From Oligoflexales bacterium (GTDB lineage Bacteria; Bdellovibrionota_B; Oligoflexia; Oligoflexales; CAIYRB01), in NCBI GenBank assembly GCA_041736175.1, contig JBGSUI010000014.1, forward strand, positions 64,001 through 128,000: 64,000 nt of DNA. Reading direction: 5' to 3'. A program made the position numbers and the translations under genes. Shown piece after piece: positions 1 through 9,188 of the stretch; position 1 is the stretch's first letter, and the number at the start of each line of letters is the position of its first letter. The notes under the pieces are model-generated. The model did not search any database, had not been told where the DNA came from, and saw nothing but the letters and a program-made list of their open reading frames with translations.

Positions 1-589
1 TTTTTCTATGAGAACCAACAGAGACCTTAAACTTAAGTCCACTTTCTAGCCCCACGATGGCAGGTGGTGGTGGCAGCTCCCAGCAGTCGAAAGACTCCTG
101 TTTCTGGAGTCTTTTTTCGGAAAACCAATAAATATGATGGTGAGGAAAGAGTTTAGCGAGTGCGTTTTTGATCATTTCGCGGCAGCGAAACATACCAGCT
201 GAAAACCACTCAATGACCAATTGGTCTCCAAAAAGGTCGATGACGAGACCCGGCAAGAGGTCGCCCTCGGAATGGACCAAACGCACCATATTGGTGCTTT
301 CGGTGAGGAGGTCTTTGCGTAAACTCATGGCCATTTGCAGGCGGCTGACAAAAAAGTCTTCGTCGATCACTTGATCTGCTTGGTGGCTTAAAACCCGTAG
401 TGCAACCCGCGTACGCCCATTGTAAAAACCAACTCCAAGTGGATCACCACTGGGACTGACAATCTGGACGAGGGAGCCTGGGGGGAGTCTTTCCTTGGGG
501 GCAACGACACCAGAGGAGTAAACCCAAGGATGAGAAATGGATTTGGCTTTAGCCAGCATGATCGTGGGGAGAGGTGTGTCTTGGATCAT
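1..589 (-). CDS. RlmI-like class I SAM-dependent rRNA methyltransferase (PUA domain), runs off the window start
   Basis: Not in ORF track. Manual translation gives MIQDTPLPTIMLAKAKSISHPWVYS...GVGFYNGRTRVALRV...RLVHSEGDLLPGLVID, matching RlmI motifs. ATG overlaps the TGA of the upstream gene. Confidence 0.85.
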   Translation of the reverse strand, partial: MIQDTPLPTIMLAKAKSISHPWVYSSGVVAPKERLPPGSLVQIVSPSGDPLGVGFYNGRTRVALRVLSHQADQVIDEDFFVSRLQMAMSLRKDLLTESTNMVRLVHSEGDLLPGLVIDLFGDQLVIEWFSAGMFRCREMIKNALAKLFPHHHIYWFSEKRLQKQESFDCWELPPPPAIVGLESGLKFKVSVGSHRK

Positions 590-1377
590 CCAATGTCCTT
601 TCGCAATAGCTCCTCAGTGACGAGGGATGACAGGCTTATGTCTGTGGAGAATGAATCTGGAAATGAGTTTCCAAATATCGAAAGGGGAGTCCCGAATCTC
701 AGCTTTATGCAACGCAGGGCGATAAAATCCTGCGATCCGAAAAGATCGGTTCCCCCGTAAAGTTGGTCCCCCCAGATGGGGCAGCCCCGTTTGGCGAGCT
801 CGTAACGGAGTTGGTGGGGTCGACCAGTATGGGGCTTCAGCTCCCAGTGAAGTCCTAGAAAGTTTTTGGATGATTCCTTGGGATCTTGGGGATCTTGGAG
901 ATCTTGTCTTAAAAAAGGGACCTGCCCTAAACAGCGGGCAAAGGTGACTGCTGGCTTTCCATGGCTCGCCTCAAAAGTTCTTTTTTTACCGCGGACCAAC
1001 TGGGACCGCCATTCCTCCTGAGAGCCTCTGGAGTCCTGTTGGCCCGTAGGGCAAGAGGTGACCCCATGGTAGGTTTTTTCCACCTCCCGCTTTTCGAAAA
1101 GGCTGTTTAAGATCTGGTGGGTCTTTGCGTCGCGGGCCATCACCAAGAGCCCAGAAACTTCGAAGTCCAACCGATGGACTGGCCAAAGGCGCTCATGTCG
1201 CTCCTCCTGAAGGACCAGGCCAACGCAGGGGCGTGGGTCCGCTGCACCGATGCGGCTCGGAACGCTTAACCAACCCGAGGGTTTGTCAACGACGATGATC
1301 TTGCTGTTTTCAAAGACGATTCTCTTTTGTAAAGAGTATCCTTGGGAGATATTTGGGTTTAAAGGTTGTCCGATCAT
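586..1377 (-). CDS. RluA-family RNA pseudouridine synthase
   Basis: VVDKPSG, HRLDFEVSGL (catalytic Asp), TGRPHQLR, PIWGDQLYG motifs. Confidence 0.92.
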   Translation of the reverse strand: MIGQPLNPNISQGYSLQKRIVFENSKIIVVDKPSGWLSVPSRIGAADPRPCVGLVLQEERHERLWPVHRLDFEVSGLLVMARDAKTHQILNSLFEKREVEKTYHGVTSCPTGQQDSRGSQEEWRSQLVRGKKRTFEASHGKPAVTFARCLGQVPFLRQDLQDPQDPKESSKNFLGLHWELKPHTGRPHQLRYELAKRGCPIWGDQLYGGTDLFGSQDFIALRCIKLRFGTPLSIFGNSFPDSFSTDISLSSLVTEELLRKDIG

Positions 1378-1471
1378 TATTTCCCTCGCTAGACTTTCGC
1401 CTTGGGGTTGGTAAATCTTTAGTCCAGCGGCTTGACGAACCTATCCTAAAACCGCTATTTATCATCGTCTT

Positions 1472-1798
1472 ATGGAGGACTTTATGGACGAAAATCAAGC
1501 ATTGACCCAGATTAAACACGATATCGAAACCAACCCAATCTGCCTCTTTATGAAAGGGACACCCGATGCTCCCCAATGTGGGTTTTCTGCCCATGTGGTG
1601 CAGATCTTGAATTCCTATGGGGTGACCTTTCATGCTGTTGATGTTCTCAGCGACTGGAATATCAGAGAAGGCATCAAGCAATACACAAACTGGCCCACGG
1701 TCCCTCAGCTTTATGTAAAGGGCCAATTTGTGGGTGGCTGTGATATCACGGCGGAGATGCATCGAAAAGGTCAGCTCGAAGGCGTTCTCAAGGGCTAG
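1472..1798 (+). CDS. grxD: Monothiol glutaredoxin (Grx4)
   Basis: LFMKGTP..PQCGFS, WPTVPQLYV, GGCD. Start may be 1484. Confidence 0.95.
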   Translation: MEDFMDENQALTQIKHDIETNPICLFMKGTPDAPQCGFSAHVVQILNSYGVTFHAVDVLSDWNIREGIKQYTNWPTVPQLYVKGQFVGGCDITAEMHRKGQLEGVLKG

Positions 1799-1800
1799 GG

Positions 1801-2178
1801 TCAAAACCGCGATTTCGCTGGTTTAGCGGAACCGACGGGAGGTCGTTTGGGGCCGCCAGGTCGAGGGGCTAGGGGTTTATCGAGACGGGCCTGGTCTTTT
1901 TGGAGACCTAGGAGCTGCTGAATGATAAGGCTTTCTTTAGCCTTGTCGGCAGCATCTGGCTTCATTCCATCAGCGGCAAGGAGTTGCTTATAGTCTCGAA
2001 TCATATCGAGCTTTTTTTGGAGAAGATTGCGTTTCTTCTCCAAATCCCGGCGCAAAAGCACCTTTTCCTGGTCTTTTCCTAGGGGAGGCGTCGGGCCACC
2101 ACGGCCTTGGCCTTGGCCTTGGCCTTTTCCTTGACTCGATCCCTCTGGAGTTCTGGCCTTTTTATACTTGAGATCCAT
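1801..2178 (-). CDS. Hypothetical basic coiled-coil protein
   Basis: ORF follows udk on the same strand; GQ repeats and coiled-coil-like core; start uncertain. Confidence 0.5.
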   Translation of the reverse strand: MDLKYKKARTPEGSSQGKGQGQGQGRGGPTPPLGKDQEKVLLRRDLEKKRNLLQKKLDMIRDYKQLLAADGMKPDAADKAKESLIIQQLLGLQKDQARLDKPLAPRPGGPKRPPVGSAKPAKSRF

Positions 2179-2186
2179 CGATCGAC

Positions 2187-2852
2187 CTACCTTCCTCGTT
2201 CGCGCCAAGTCTGAATCATTCCAGCGAGCATATTGACTGCCCGGTCGTTGTGATCCTCCCAGCTAATAATAATATCTGATTGATAACGCTGTCTTACCAC
2301 GAATTCATCGTGCATGGATTTTACCGTTTTTAGATATTGTTGGATAACCCCATCGACATTGCGGCCCCGCTCTTTGATATCCCGCTGCAATCGGCGGATA
2401 AAACGAATGTCATCGCTTACATCAACATAGATTTTAAGATCCAAGACCTCTCTGAGTTTCGCCCAGTGGAGCGACAGAATCCCATCCAAAATAATGACGG
2501 GTTGGGGTTGCAATAAGACAGTCTCATGGGTTCGAGTATGGGTGGTAAAATCATAGGTGGGTCTGTAGACCGATTTTGCCTCTATAAGATCTTTAACCTG
2601 GGAAAGGAGTAGGTCACCGTCGAGAGCTTCGGGATGGTCAAAGTTGCAGTGGTCTCGTTCTATCGGGCTGAGGTGGGATAGGTCCCTATAGTAATGATCA
2701 AGAGCCAAAACCAGGATGCCCTCGGGACCGGTCTCGTCGAGAAGCTTGCGAACCAATGTGGTTTTACCAGACCCAGAGCCACCGCATACGGCGATGACTT
2801 TTGGTGAGTGGCCTATCTTTTTGTCGTGACTATGAGTCAACAGGTTCCTCAC
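2187..2852 (-). CDS. udk: Uridine kinase
   Basis: GGSGSGKTT P-loop, DHYY, NFDHPEALD, RRLQRDIKERGR. Confidence 0.95.
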   Translation of the reverse strand: MRNLLTHSHDKKIGHSPKVIAVCGGSGSGKTTLVRKLLDETGPEGILVLALDHYYRDLSHLSPIERDHCNFDHPEALDGDLLLSQVKDLIEAKSVYRPTYDFTTHTRTHETVLLQPQPVIILDGILSLHWAKLREVLDLKIYVDVSDDIRFIRRLQRDIKERGRNVDGVIQQYLKTVKSMHDEFVVRQRYQSDIIISWEDHNDRAVNMLAGMIQTWRERGR

Positions 2853-2919
2853 CTATGGTTGGTTCCGCAACAAGGCGACCATCATTAGCTCATTTCGGGA
2901 TAAATCGCCACCTGTTTTA

Positions 2920-3465
2920 TCAATCGAATTGTGGAATCTTGGTGGTCTTGTCCCCATGAGGAGCCCAGTCCTTAAAGGGGTGTTTGCTGAGGTTGGAGTT
3001 AAAGTACCTGGGATCATGGGAAACCTCTCGTCCGAGCCAGTCAGGAGGGGTAAATCTCTCGGCCTCGTGGGTGAGAGTGACTTCGGCGACCATAAGGCCA
3101 AAATTGTTTCCCTGGAACTCGTCAATTTCCCATGTTTTACCCTCAAAATCCACTAGGTACCTTACTTTGTCGATGATGGAATCTCTACAAAACTGAGTTA
3201 ACAGTTCAGCCGCCTCAGAAGTAGGGATTTCATACTCAAACTCACTCCGCGTGACGCCTTGAACGGGGCCCTTAATGGTGATCCAAGCCCTGCCTTGGGT
3301 TGTAGGACCAGATGAGGTCGGGCCTAGGGGGTGTTCGGACCGGACACGGACGGTGCATTGGCGAGCCGTGGAAAGGTAGCCTTGGACTAGCCGTTTATAG
3401 GAAAGGACCTCATGTCGCCAATGTTCCGAAATGATGAGAAATTTTCTTTCAATTTCAACTCCCAT
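2920..3465 (-). CDS. CYTH domain protein (triphosphate tunnel metalloenzyme)
   Basis: EIERKF, QGYL, WEIDEF.G.N.GL..AEV, DPRYFNSNL. Confidence 0.92.
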   Translation of the reverse strand: MGVEIERKFLIISEHWRHEVLSYKRLVQGYLSTARQCTVRVRSEHPLGPTSSGPTTQGRAWITIKGPVQGVTRSEFEYEIPTSEAAELLTQFCRDSIIDKVRYLVDFEGKTWEIDEFQGNNFGLMVAEVTLTHEAERFTPPDWLGREVSHDPRYFNSNLSKHPFKDWAPHGDKTTKIPQFD

Positions 3466-3598
3466 CTCTTGCTCCTTGAGTGTGAAGTGGAATTTGCTGC
3501 CCGAATCTTAGGGGCTCGTTGCAGATTAGGATCACTTTTTGATCCGAATCAAAAACCCGTGCTATGATGAGCCTGCAAGGTTTTATTCACGTTTACGA

Positions 3599-4261
3599 AT
3601 GACTCAAACACTGACCTTACCTCCGGTTGTTTCAACAGCGGGTCCAGGTCATGGTAGGTATAAGATGACAAAGGGGCGGCGTCGAGGGTTTAAATCCTGG
3701 TTCGTAGAACCCTACCTCCAAGTACGCCTTGGAATCTGGTTCTTAACCATTAACTGTGTCTTTGGGGGCTTGATTTTTGCGGTCTATAGCTACTATGTCC
3801 TCGAAGTCTACCAGGCAGTGATCATGTATTTTAGGATTGCTGGGGCCGATAGCACCGAAGTCTTTGCCAAGTTTCGGGTACCTTTAGCTGTAGGGATTGG
3901 GCTGATCGTTAGCTTTATCTTGACCACAATATTGGTTTCTGTGCGTCTAACCCACGGCTTTTATGGTCCATTGGTTTCGATCAATCGATTTCTTGATGAG
4001 GCCCTTTCAGGCCAACCGCCCGAACCAATTCACCTTAGGGACTCGGATCAATTGCAGGACCTAGCTGATAAACTGAATAAAATCAGAACCCAACTGCCAA
4101 ACAATCACGTCGCCGGAGGTTCTCCAAACCAGCTAAGGGCTATCCAAAGTTTTCTGAACCAAATCCTGGAAGGCAAGGAACCCATCCTTGAAGGATCTGA
4201 TAAAGACTTTATGCTAGCTGATATCGCTAAGAAAATTAGGAAGATCAAAAGTAGTCGCTAA
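3599..4261 (+). CDS. Two-TM membrane protein with HAMP-like region
   Basis: Two hydrophobic segments followed by THGFYGPLVSI...LRDSDQLQDLA; start uncertain (3539/3599/3665). Confidence 0.6.
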   Translation: MTQTLTLPPVVSTAGPGHGRYKMTKGRRRGFKSWFVEPYLQVRLGIWFLTINCVFGGLIFAVYSYYVLEVYQAVIMYFRIAGADSTEVFAKFRVPLAVGIGLIVSFILTTILVSVRLTHGFYGPLVSINRFLDEALSGQPPEPIHLRDSDQLQDLADKLNKIRTQLPNNHVAGGSPNQLRAIQSFLNQILEGKEPILEGSDKDFMLADIAKKIRKIKSSR

Positions 4262-4276
4262 AATAGTATAAAGTTG

Positions 4277-4305
4277 TTGACTCAGCGGTGAGAAACCCTT
4301 ATAAG
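4277..4305 (+). promoter_or_regulatory. sigma70-type promoter of tRNA-fMet
   Basis: TTGACT-N17-TATAAG ending 16 nt before the tRNA. Confidence 0.6.
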
Positions 4306-4321
4306 TATCTTTACCAAATGA

Positions 4322-4398
4322 CGCGGGGTGGAGAAGCCTGGTATCTCGTCGGGCTCATAACCCGAAGATCAGCGGTTCAAATCCGCTCCCCGCTACCA
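4322..4398 (+). tRNA. Initiator tRNA-fMet (CAT)
   Basis: 77 nt cloverleaf, CAT anticodon, GGG/CCC pairs in anticodon stem, unpaired C1, GGTTCAAATCC T arm, encoded CCA. Confidence 0.97.
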
Positions 4399-4406
4399 AA
4401 ATTATT

Positions 4407-4439
4407 AGGCGCCTCGATTTTAAAAATCGGGGCGTTTCT
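4407..4439 (+). terminator. Hairpin after tRNA-fMet
   Basis: GGCGCCTCGATTTT...AAAATCGGGGCGTTTCT stem-loop, repeated near 5726-5759. Confidence 0.6.
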
Positions 4440-4608
4440 GCGTTGAGAGATGGCTACTCCGACCCCAGATGCAAGAGATACTCACGATAGGCGTATGTTC
4501 GATCTCTTTTTTTACCACTTGTCTCGACGGAAATACCAACCTAGCGACCGTGACTTGATGTGAAACTCATTTGCCACACCGAGTTGTGCACAAAGCGGCA
4601 CAGTCCCA

Positions 4609-4863
4609 TTAGCGATAAACTTCACGGCGATGACCAACCCGGACGACCAATACAATTAATTCACGGTCCTTAACTTGATAAACAACGCGATAGTCGCCGA
4701 CGCGAACACGATACAAACCGCCCGCGCCTTGCAACTTCTTACAGTCCGTAGCTCTCGGCGTTGCCGCCAGCGAATCAATCTTTTTTTCAATGCGACGTTG
4801 ATCGACAGAACTAAGGGCAAGTAACTGCTTCCTGGCGCGTGGATCAATAAATATTTTGTACAC
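4609..4863 (-). CDS. RelE/ParE family toxin
   Basis: KKLQG...YRVRVGDYRVVY...VVRVGHRREVYR. Confidence 0.93.
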   Translation of the reverse strand: MYKIFIDPRARKQLLALSSVDQRRIEKKIDSLAATPRATDCKKLQGAGGLYRVRVGDYRVVYQVKDRELIVLVVRVGHRREVYR

Positions 4864-4869
4864 GTCAGC

Positions 4870-5148
4870 TCAAGCCTTTTTCTTCGGCTGTTTAGCTCGG
4901 CGAGCCTTGAGTTCCGCCTTGACCTTATCCCAGGCGACAGGTGCCATCGGCTTCGCTAATACTTTCTCAGCTTCCCTGGTATCCAACTGATCCTCCAGTG
5001 CCTCAAGAGCTTCCAAGTCCTCGATGGAGACTAATGCCGCCATCTTTTTATTCCGGCGCATGACAATGATGCGTTCCTTGCCGTAAGCGGCGCGGTTAAG
5101 AATCTCAGCAAACTGGTCTCTGGCTTCGGCGACGGTTAAATTACTCAT
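4870..5148 (-). CDS. Phd/YefM family antitoxin
   Basis: MSNLTVAEARDQFAEILNRAAYGKERIIV, directly upstream of the toxin. Confidence 0.92.
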   Translation of the reverse strand: MSNLTVAEARDQFAEILNRAAYGKERIIVMRRNKKMAALVSIEDLEALEALEDQLDTREAEKVLAKPMAPVAWDKVKAELKARRAKQPKKKA

Positions 5149-5186
5149 TGTACACCTCATACAAAACGTACATCTTGTACATTATA
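5149..5186 (-). promoter_or_regulatory. TA promoter -10 box and operator palindromes
   Basis: Minus-strand TATAAT (5181-5186) next to TGTACA palindromes (5149-5154, 5176-5181) and CGTACA (5167-5172). TGTACA is the known yefM-yoeB operator core. Confidence 0.65.
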
Positions 5187-5664
5187 CGGCATGATAAGCT
5201 AAAACCTTTAGGCAAATTTATATAAAGCATAACTATCAGAAACTTACTATCATTTACCTATCGAACCTATGTCGCCAGTCTGATATCTAAAAACTTAACA
5301 AGCCGAACTTACAATTGCATCTGCTCTTCAATAAATACCTAATATTTTTAGACATATATCACATTGCCCGGCCGTTCACAAACAATTCAAGGCGGGCAGG
5401 TGCGAAAACTGGCGGGAGCACGTCCGCAAAAGAAAAGGTTTGGTATGAAGGCCCACGCATATGATGCTCAACCTGATTAATAATGCAGTGATATCGATAT
5501 ATTATGGCGCTGAAAATTGTTAAGATTAAATGGCGTAGGCAATTCGGAACACCGATAGAACTACATAGTGCTGTGAAAATTGGTTCTAAATCGCCAAATA
5601 ACCCTCAATTCTCAGTGGACCCACAGGTCCGCCTCTGCTATGTCCATTATTCGTCTCTGGCGAA

Positions 5665-5717
5665 TCGTCGGGCTCATAACCCGAAGATCAGCGGTTCAAA
5701 TCCGCTCCCCGCTACCA
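5665..5717 (+). repeat. Truncated tRNA-fMet copy (3' 53 nt, att-like)
   Basis: Identical to 4346-4398; lacks the acceptor 5' strand and D arm. Confidence 0.9.
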
Positions 5718-5789
5718 AAATTATGAGGCGCCTCGATTTTTTTAAAGTCGGGGCGTTTGTGCGTTGAGAGGATGCCTACTCCGACCCTA

Positions 5790-6932
5790 TCATTTCGCGC
5801 TCCAGGGGCCCTCTCGAAAATATTCAAGTGGTGACATAATCTCTATGCCTTGCTCAAACTTGGTTCTTTCGACACTATACACAATCTGTACCGCGCGTCT
5901 GGGCTTCAGCAGTTCTGCATAATGCTTCAGAGAAGAGCTGGGCCGTTCATCGCTGTATTTTACTTCGATCAGTTCATCAACCTTTTTATTGCGGACCAGC
6001 ACAAAATCTACCTCACGATCATCACGGTCTCTCAGGTAACATAAGCTTAGTTGAGCACCAGTTTGATCCTCCTCAAATTGGAGTCTCTTAAGTAAATGTG
6101 CAGCGACTAGATTTTCAAAACGAGCTCCCAGCAGTTTGTCAGCTGGAACTTCGACGTCCATATTGTCGTAAAAAAAAACCCGAGGTGCTTTTTGAAGCGC
6201 ACGGCTTAGCTTGCCGGTATAGGGTGGGACGATAAAAACAAGATACATTCGAGCTAAGAGATCGATCCAAGATTTAACGGTTTTAGGAGCCACTTCGAGA
6301 TCAGCAGCCAGATTTGCATAGGATATTTGTGAACCGACTCGTTCTTTGAGCAAGTCAGCGAGATGAGATAGGGCAGCGATCATTCGGACATTTTCAATAT
6401 CCCGAATGTCATCCTTGATTATTCTATCAAAACGTTCTCGACGCCAGCGAGCGGCTTCCATTGGGGAAAGAGTCAAGAAAGGCTCAGGAAATCCTCCCAC
6501 CAACATCAGCCGATCCAGCGTTTCTCGAGCTGAGAATGAGGGTCCACACTCATCGATCGTAAAGGGATGCATTCTCCAGTAGTGATAGCGACCAAATAAG
6601 GAGTCGCCTCCTCGACGATAAATGTCCAAGCGGGCACTTCCGGTCACAAGATAAGTTTGCGACGACTTTTTCGTATCGTAGACTCCTTTGATCCACTGTT
6701 TCCATTTACTTGATTTATGAAGCTCATCAAAAACAATGAGTGGAACCGAAGGGTTAAATTGATATTTTTGTATGCGGCGCCGGTCACGTCCATCATCCCA
6801 GTTTAGGTATTCACCGCCTAACTGCTCAAGAAGTTGCTGCGACATATAGGTTTTTCCGCACTGGCGGGGTCCACCTACAAAAACCATTTTTTTTTGCAGG
6901 TCATTAAGAATAAATTTTTCGAGATATCGCAT
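5790..6932 (-). CDS. AAA+ ATPase (AAA_14) with DUF4143 / PD-(D/E)XK C-terminus
   Basis: GPRQCGKT, FDELH, VTGSA, GGFPEP, FENLV, EVDF...IEVK. Confidence 0.9.
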   Translation of the reverse strand: MRYLEKFILNDLQKKMVFVGGPRQCGKTYMSQQLLEQLGGEYLNWDDGRDRRRIQKYQFNPSVPLIVFDELHKSSKWKQWIKGVYDTKKSSQTYLVTGSARLDIYRRGGDSLFGRYHYWRMHPFTIDECGPSFSARETLDRLMLVGGFPEPFLTLSPMEAARWRRERFDRIIKDDIRDIENVRMIAALSHLADLLKERVGSQISYANLAADLEVAPKTVKSWIDLLARMYLVFIVPPYTGKLSRALQKAPRVFFYDNMDVEVPADKLLGARFENLVAAHLLKRLQFEEDQTGAQLSLCYLRDRDDREVDFVLVRNKKVDELIEVKYSDERPSSSLKHYAELLKPRRAVQIVYSVERTKFEQGIEIMSPLEYFREGPWSAK

Positions 6933-6947
6933 AGTTAAGCCCTTACT

Positions 6948-7012
6948 CGGCAAATCGGACCTATAAGTCATAATAGCCGCGGCAAATCGGAAATACAAGT
7001 CATTTTGGCTGC
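6948..7012. repeat. Two ~32 bp direct repeats upstream of the AAA+ gene
   Basis: CGGCAAATCGGA-nn-TAnAAGTCAT at 6948 and 6980. Confidence 0.7.
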
Positions 7013-7169
7013 ACAGCGCTTTAGTCACAGCCCGACAGTTTTTGGCATCTGATTTGCCAAGGAGAAAGGTCCACCACCACCCTAAAGCCCCTACTATTAG
7101 ACAAATTCATCTATTGAATCTATCATAAAGACAAGACGCTTTTAAATTTGAGTTCAAGTGTAACTTGCA

Positions 7170-7859
7170 ATGATGACTTCAAAAAATGGCTATCCATGGC
7201 GGCATTCTTGGCGAACAGGAGTTTTGGGTGCGCTTATGATCTGGGCCATGCCCAGCCTTGGTCAAGGGCAGACCAAGACCCCTAGTGAACAAAAGGTCGA
7301 AACCCAGTCTGCAAATCCCAAGGCCGCTGTAGAGCCTCTAAACTACGCGACCCTCAATCACACCGTGAGTATCCGTACTCTGAGGGCCGGTAGCCATGAT
7401 GATAGCGGATCAAGTGAATATTATTTCACTGTCGATCTCTATACGCTAGTCAACACCGCCGAAGAGCGCAATCTCACCTTAGAAAAGCGCAAGAAAATGA
7501 TGCTCAATCTAGGGCAATTTGGTGAAACGAGTATCGATTCTCTGGCTTTTTGGAATGAAGACCTCAAAAAGGGAGAGATTAAGTCCTTTAGCGTCGATGG
7601 AAATACCATCCGCGAACTAGCAGCTAAAACCCTCCGTTCCTTTTCCATCCAAGAATCCGACCTAACGGCTATGATCGAAATATCGATGTACAAAAAGCAA
7701 AAAAAAATGTTTTTCTTTGGGGATAATATCAAGCTGGCAGCCACCAGCTACTATCCAATACCTCCCACTAAATTTGATGCCCCCATTCGCACCAACCATA
7801 CCTTGACCCTGGTCGATACCATGGGAACGATGGTCAAGTTAGCCATCCAATATAAATAG
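7170..7859 (+). CDS. Hypothetical secreted protein
   Basis: 229 aa ORF with N-terminal signal-like segment. Confidence 0.6.
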   Translation: MMTSKNGYPWRHSWRTGVLGALMIWAMPSLGQGQTKTPSEQKVETQSANPKAAVEPLNYATLNHTVSIRTLRAGSHDDSGSSEYYFTVDLYTLVNTAEERNLTLEKRKKMMLNLGQFGETSIDSLAFWNEDLKKGEIKSFSVDGNTIRELAAKTLRSFSIQESDLTAMIEISMYKKQKKMFFFGDNIKLAATSYYPIPPTKFDAPIRTNHTLTLVDTMGTMVKLAIQYK

Positions 7860-7867
7860 AAACCCAT

Positions 7868-9091
7868 CTATGCAGCCTGGTCCGTTTTTACAGTTTCTTT
7901 GACCTTCTTTGCGAGTGCAGGATCGAATGGCAACCCTTTTTCAGAGAGCGCTCTTGTGACTCGCACAAACGCTGCAAAAGCTTTTTGATGATTAGGCTCT
8001 AAAAGACAAGCTTGGCCAAGGGTTTCGTATGCGGCAACAAGATCTCCTTTTTTTGTGTAAGCAAGACCTAGATTATAAAAGAGCAAATAAACTTGTTTGC
8101 GCTTTGCAAAGATTCTGATGGCGTTCGTGTAGCTTTCGATGGCTTTGTCGAAATCCTGTTTGGTTGTTAGTGCGATCCCTAGGTTGTTTAAATTTCTGAC
8201 AATGTCATCGATATTTTCACAATCCTGCAGGAGCTCCGTCGCTAGATCGATATCCCCCTCGATAAAAGCAACTTCGCCAAGTCCTGATCGACCAGCGGCA
8301 GATCCACGGTCGATTTTCATAATCGATTGGAAAGTTTTTTTGGCTTCTTCCAATTGGTTTGCATTTTTATAGGCATGACCCAACGTATCAAGAATCGAGA
8401 GCATTTCTGGGCATCGTTCAAGGAGTTGTACCATACTAGAAATCGCTTCTTGATGATTGCCAAGTTTAGCTGCGAGACGAGCCTTTACTTGATTGGCTAG
8501 GACATGATGGGGCTTTTCCGCAAGACACAAATCGACTTGAACTTTAGCGGTATCGAGTTCGCCCTTTTCAAACATAATAGCTCCCATAAGAGCCGCAGAT
8601 TCTGCTTTTGTGGGTGGTTGTTCTACCAGAGATTGGAGGAGCTTAAGGGCCTGGTCCCACTGCTTAGATCCGTAATGGGCATAGGCCAATTCTAGTGATT
8701 TCATTTCAGGGCTTTTCTTTTCTTCCTGCTCGATCAGTTTTTTGACCAACGCTGTCAATGCCACTCGATCGACAGGAGCCGGTAGGAGAGTCAGGGAGCC
8801 GAGTTCGTTAAGAAGCCGCATCTCCTCCCCTTTGATTCGTTGGCTATATATAATGAGAGGAAGATATTTTTGGGCGGGATTTGACCGCAACTTTTGTACA
8901 AAAACCCTTCCCGGCATTTTTTTACAGTCCCAGGAGGTGATCAAGCATTCAATTCTCTTAGCTTCAATAAGACCCAAGCCCTCTTCACTATTTTCTACGC
9001 AGGTCACGTCGCTGATTCTGAGCTCTCCGAGAATGCTTTTGATAGCATAGGTATTTTCAGAAATTTCATCAACGATCAAAAAGCGTTTCAT
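7868..9091 (-). CDS. Atypical receiver domain plus TPR repeat protein
   Basis: N-terminal REC-like fold (FLIVDE) and TPRs (NNLGIAL...AIESY, YNLGLAY). Confidence 0.8.
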   Translation of the reverse strand: MKRFLIVDEISENTYAIKSILGELRISDVTCVENSEEGLGLIEAKRIECLITSWDCKKMPGRVFVQKLRSNPAQKYLPLIIYSQRIKGEEMRLLNELGSLTLLPAPVDRVALTALVKKLIEQEEKKSPEMKSLELAYAHYGSKQWDQALKLLQSLVEQPPTKAESAALMGAIMFEKGELDTAKVQVDLCLAEKPHHVLANQVKARLAAKLGNHQEAISSMVQLLERCPEMLSILDTLGHAYKNANQLEEAKKTFQSIMKIDRGSAAGRSGLGEVAFIEGDIDLATELLQDCENIDDIVRNLNNLGIALTTKQDFDKAIESYTNAIRIFAKRKQVYLLFYNLGLAYTKKGDLVAAYETLGQACLLEPNHQKAFAAFVRVTRALSEKGLPFDPALAKKVKETVKTDQAA

Positions 9092-9188
9092 GATTCGACC
9101 TTTTCACTCAAAAGGCTACCTTGGTTATGGCAGGCTTAACTTGTTTCACTGTCAACTCCTGATTATACATGGAAACTTGATTATTTTG

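Larger units (their letters stand above)
4346..5787. mobile_element. tRNA-fMet-associated islet carrying a TA pair, bounded by ~120 bp direct repeats
   Basis: 4346-4465 recurs at 5665-5787 (tRNA 3' part, terminator and flank); no integrase inside. Confidence 0.75.

Noticed and set aside
1310..1804. Long antisense ORFs over grxD and other genes (e.g. 19266-19742, 50893-51480, 32094-32663)
   Set aside because: Shadow or alternate frames of well-supported genes, with no recognisable motifs.
5504..5767. 87 aa ORF (also 21346-21579 and 32594-32809)
   Set aside because: These frames run through tRNA or tRNA-fragment sequence and are most likely spurious.
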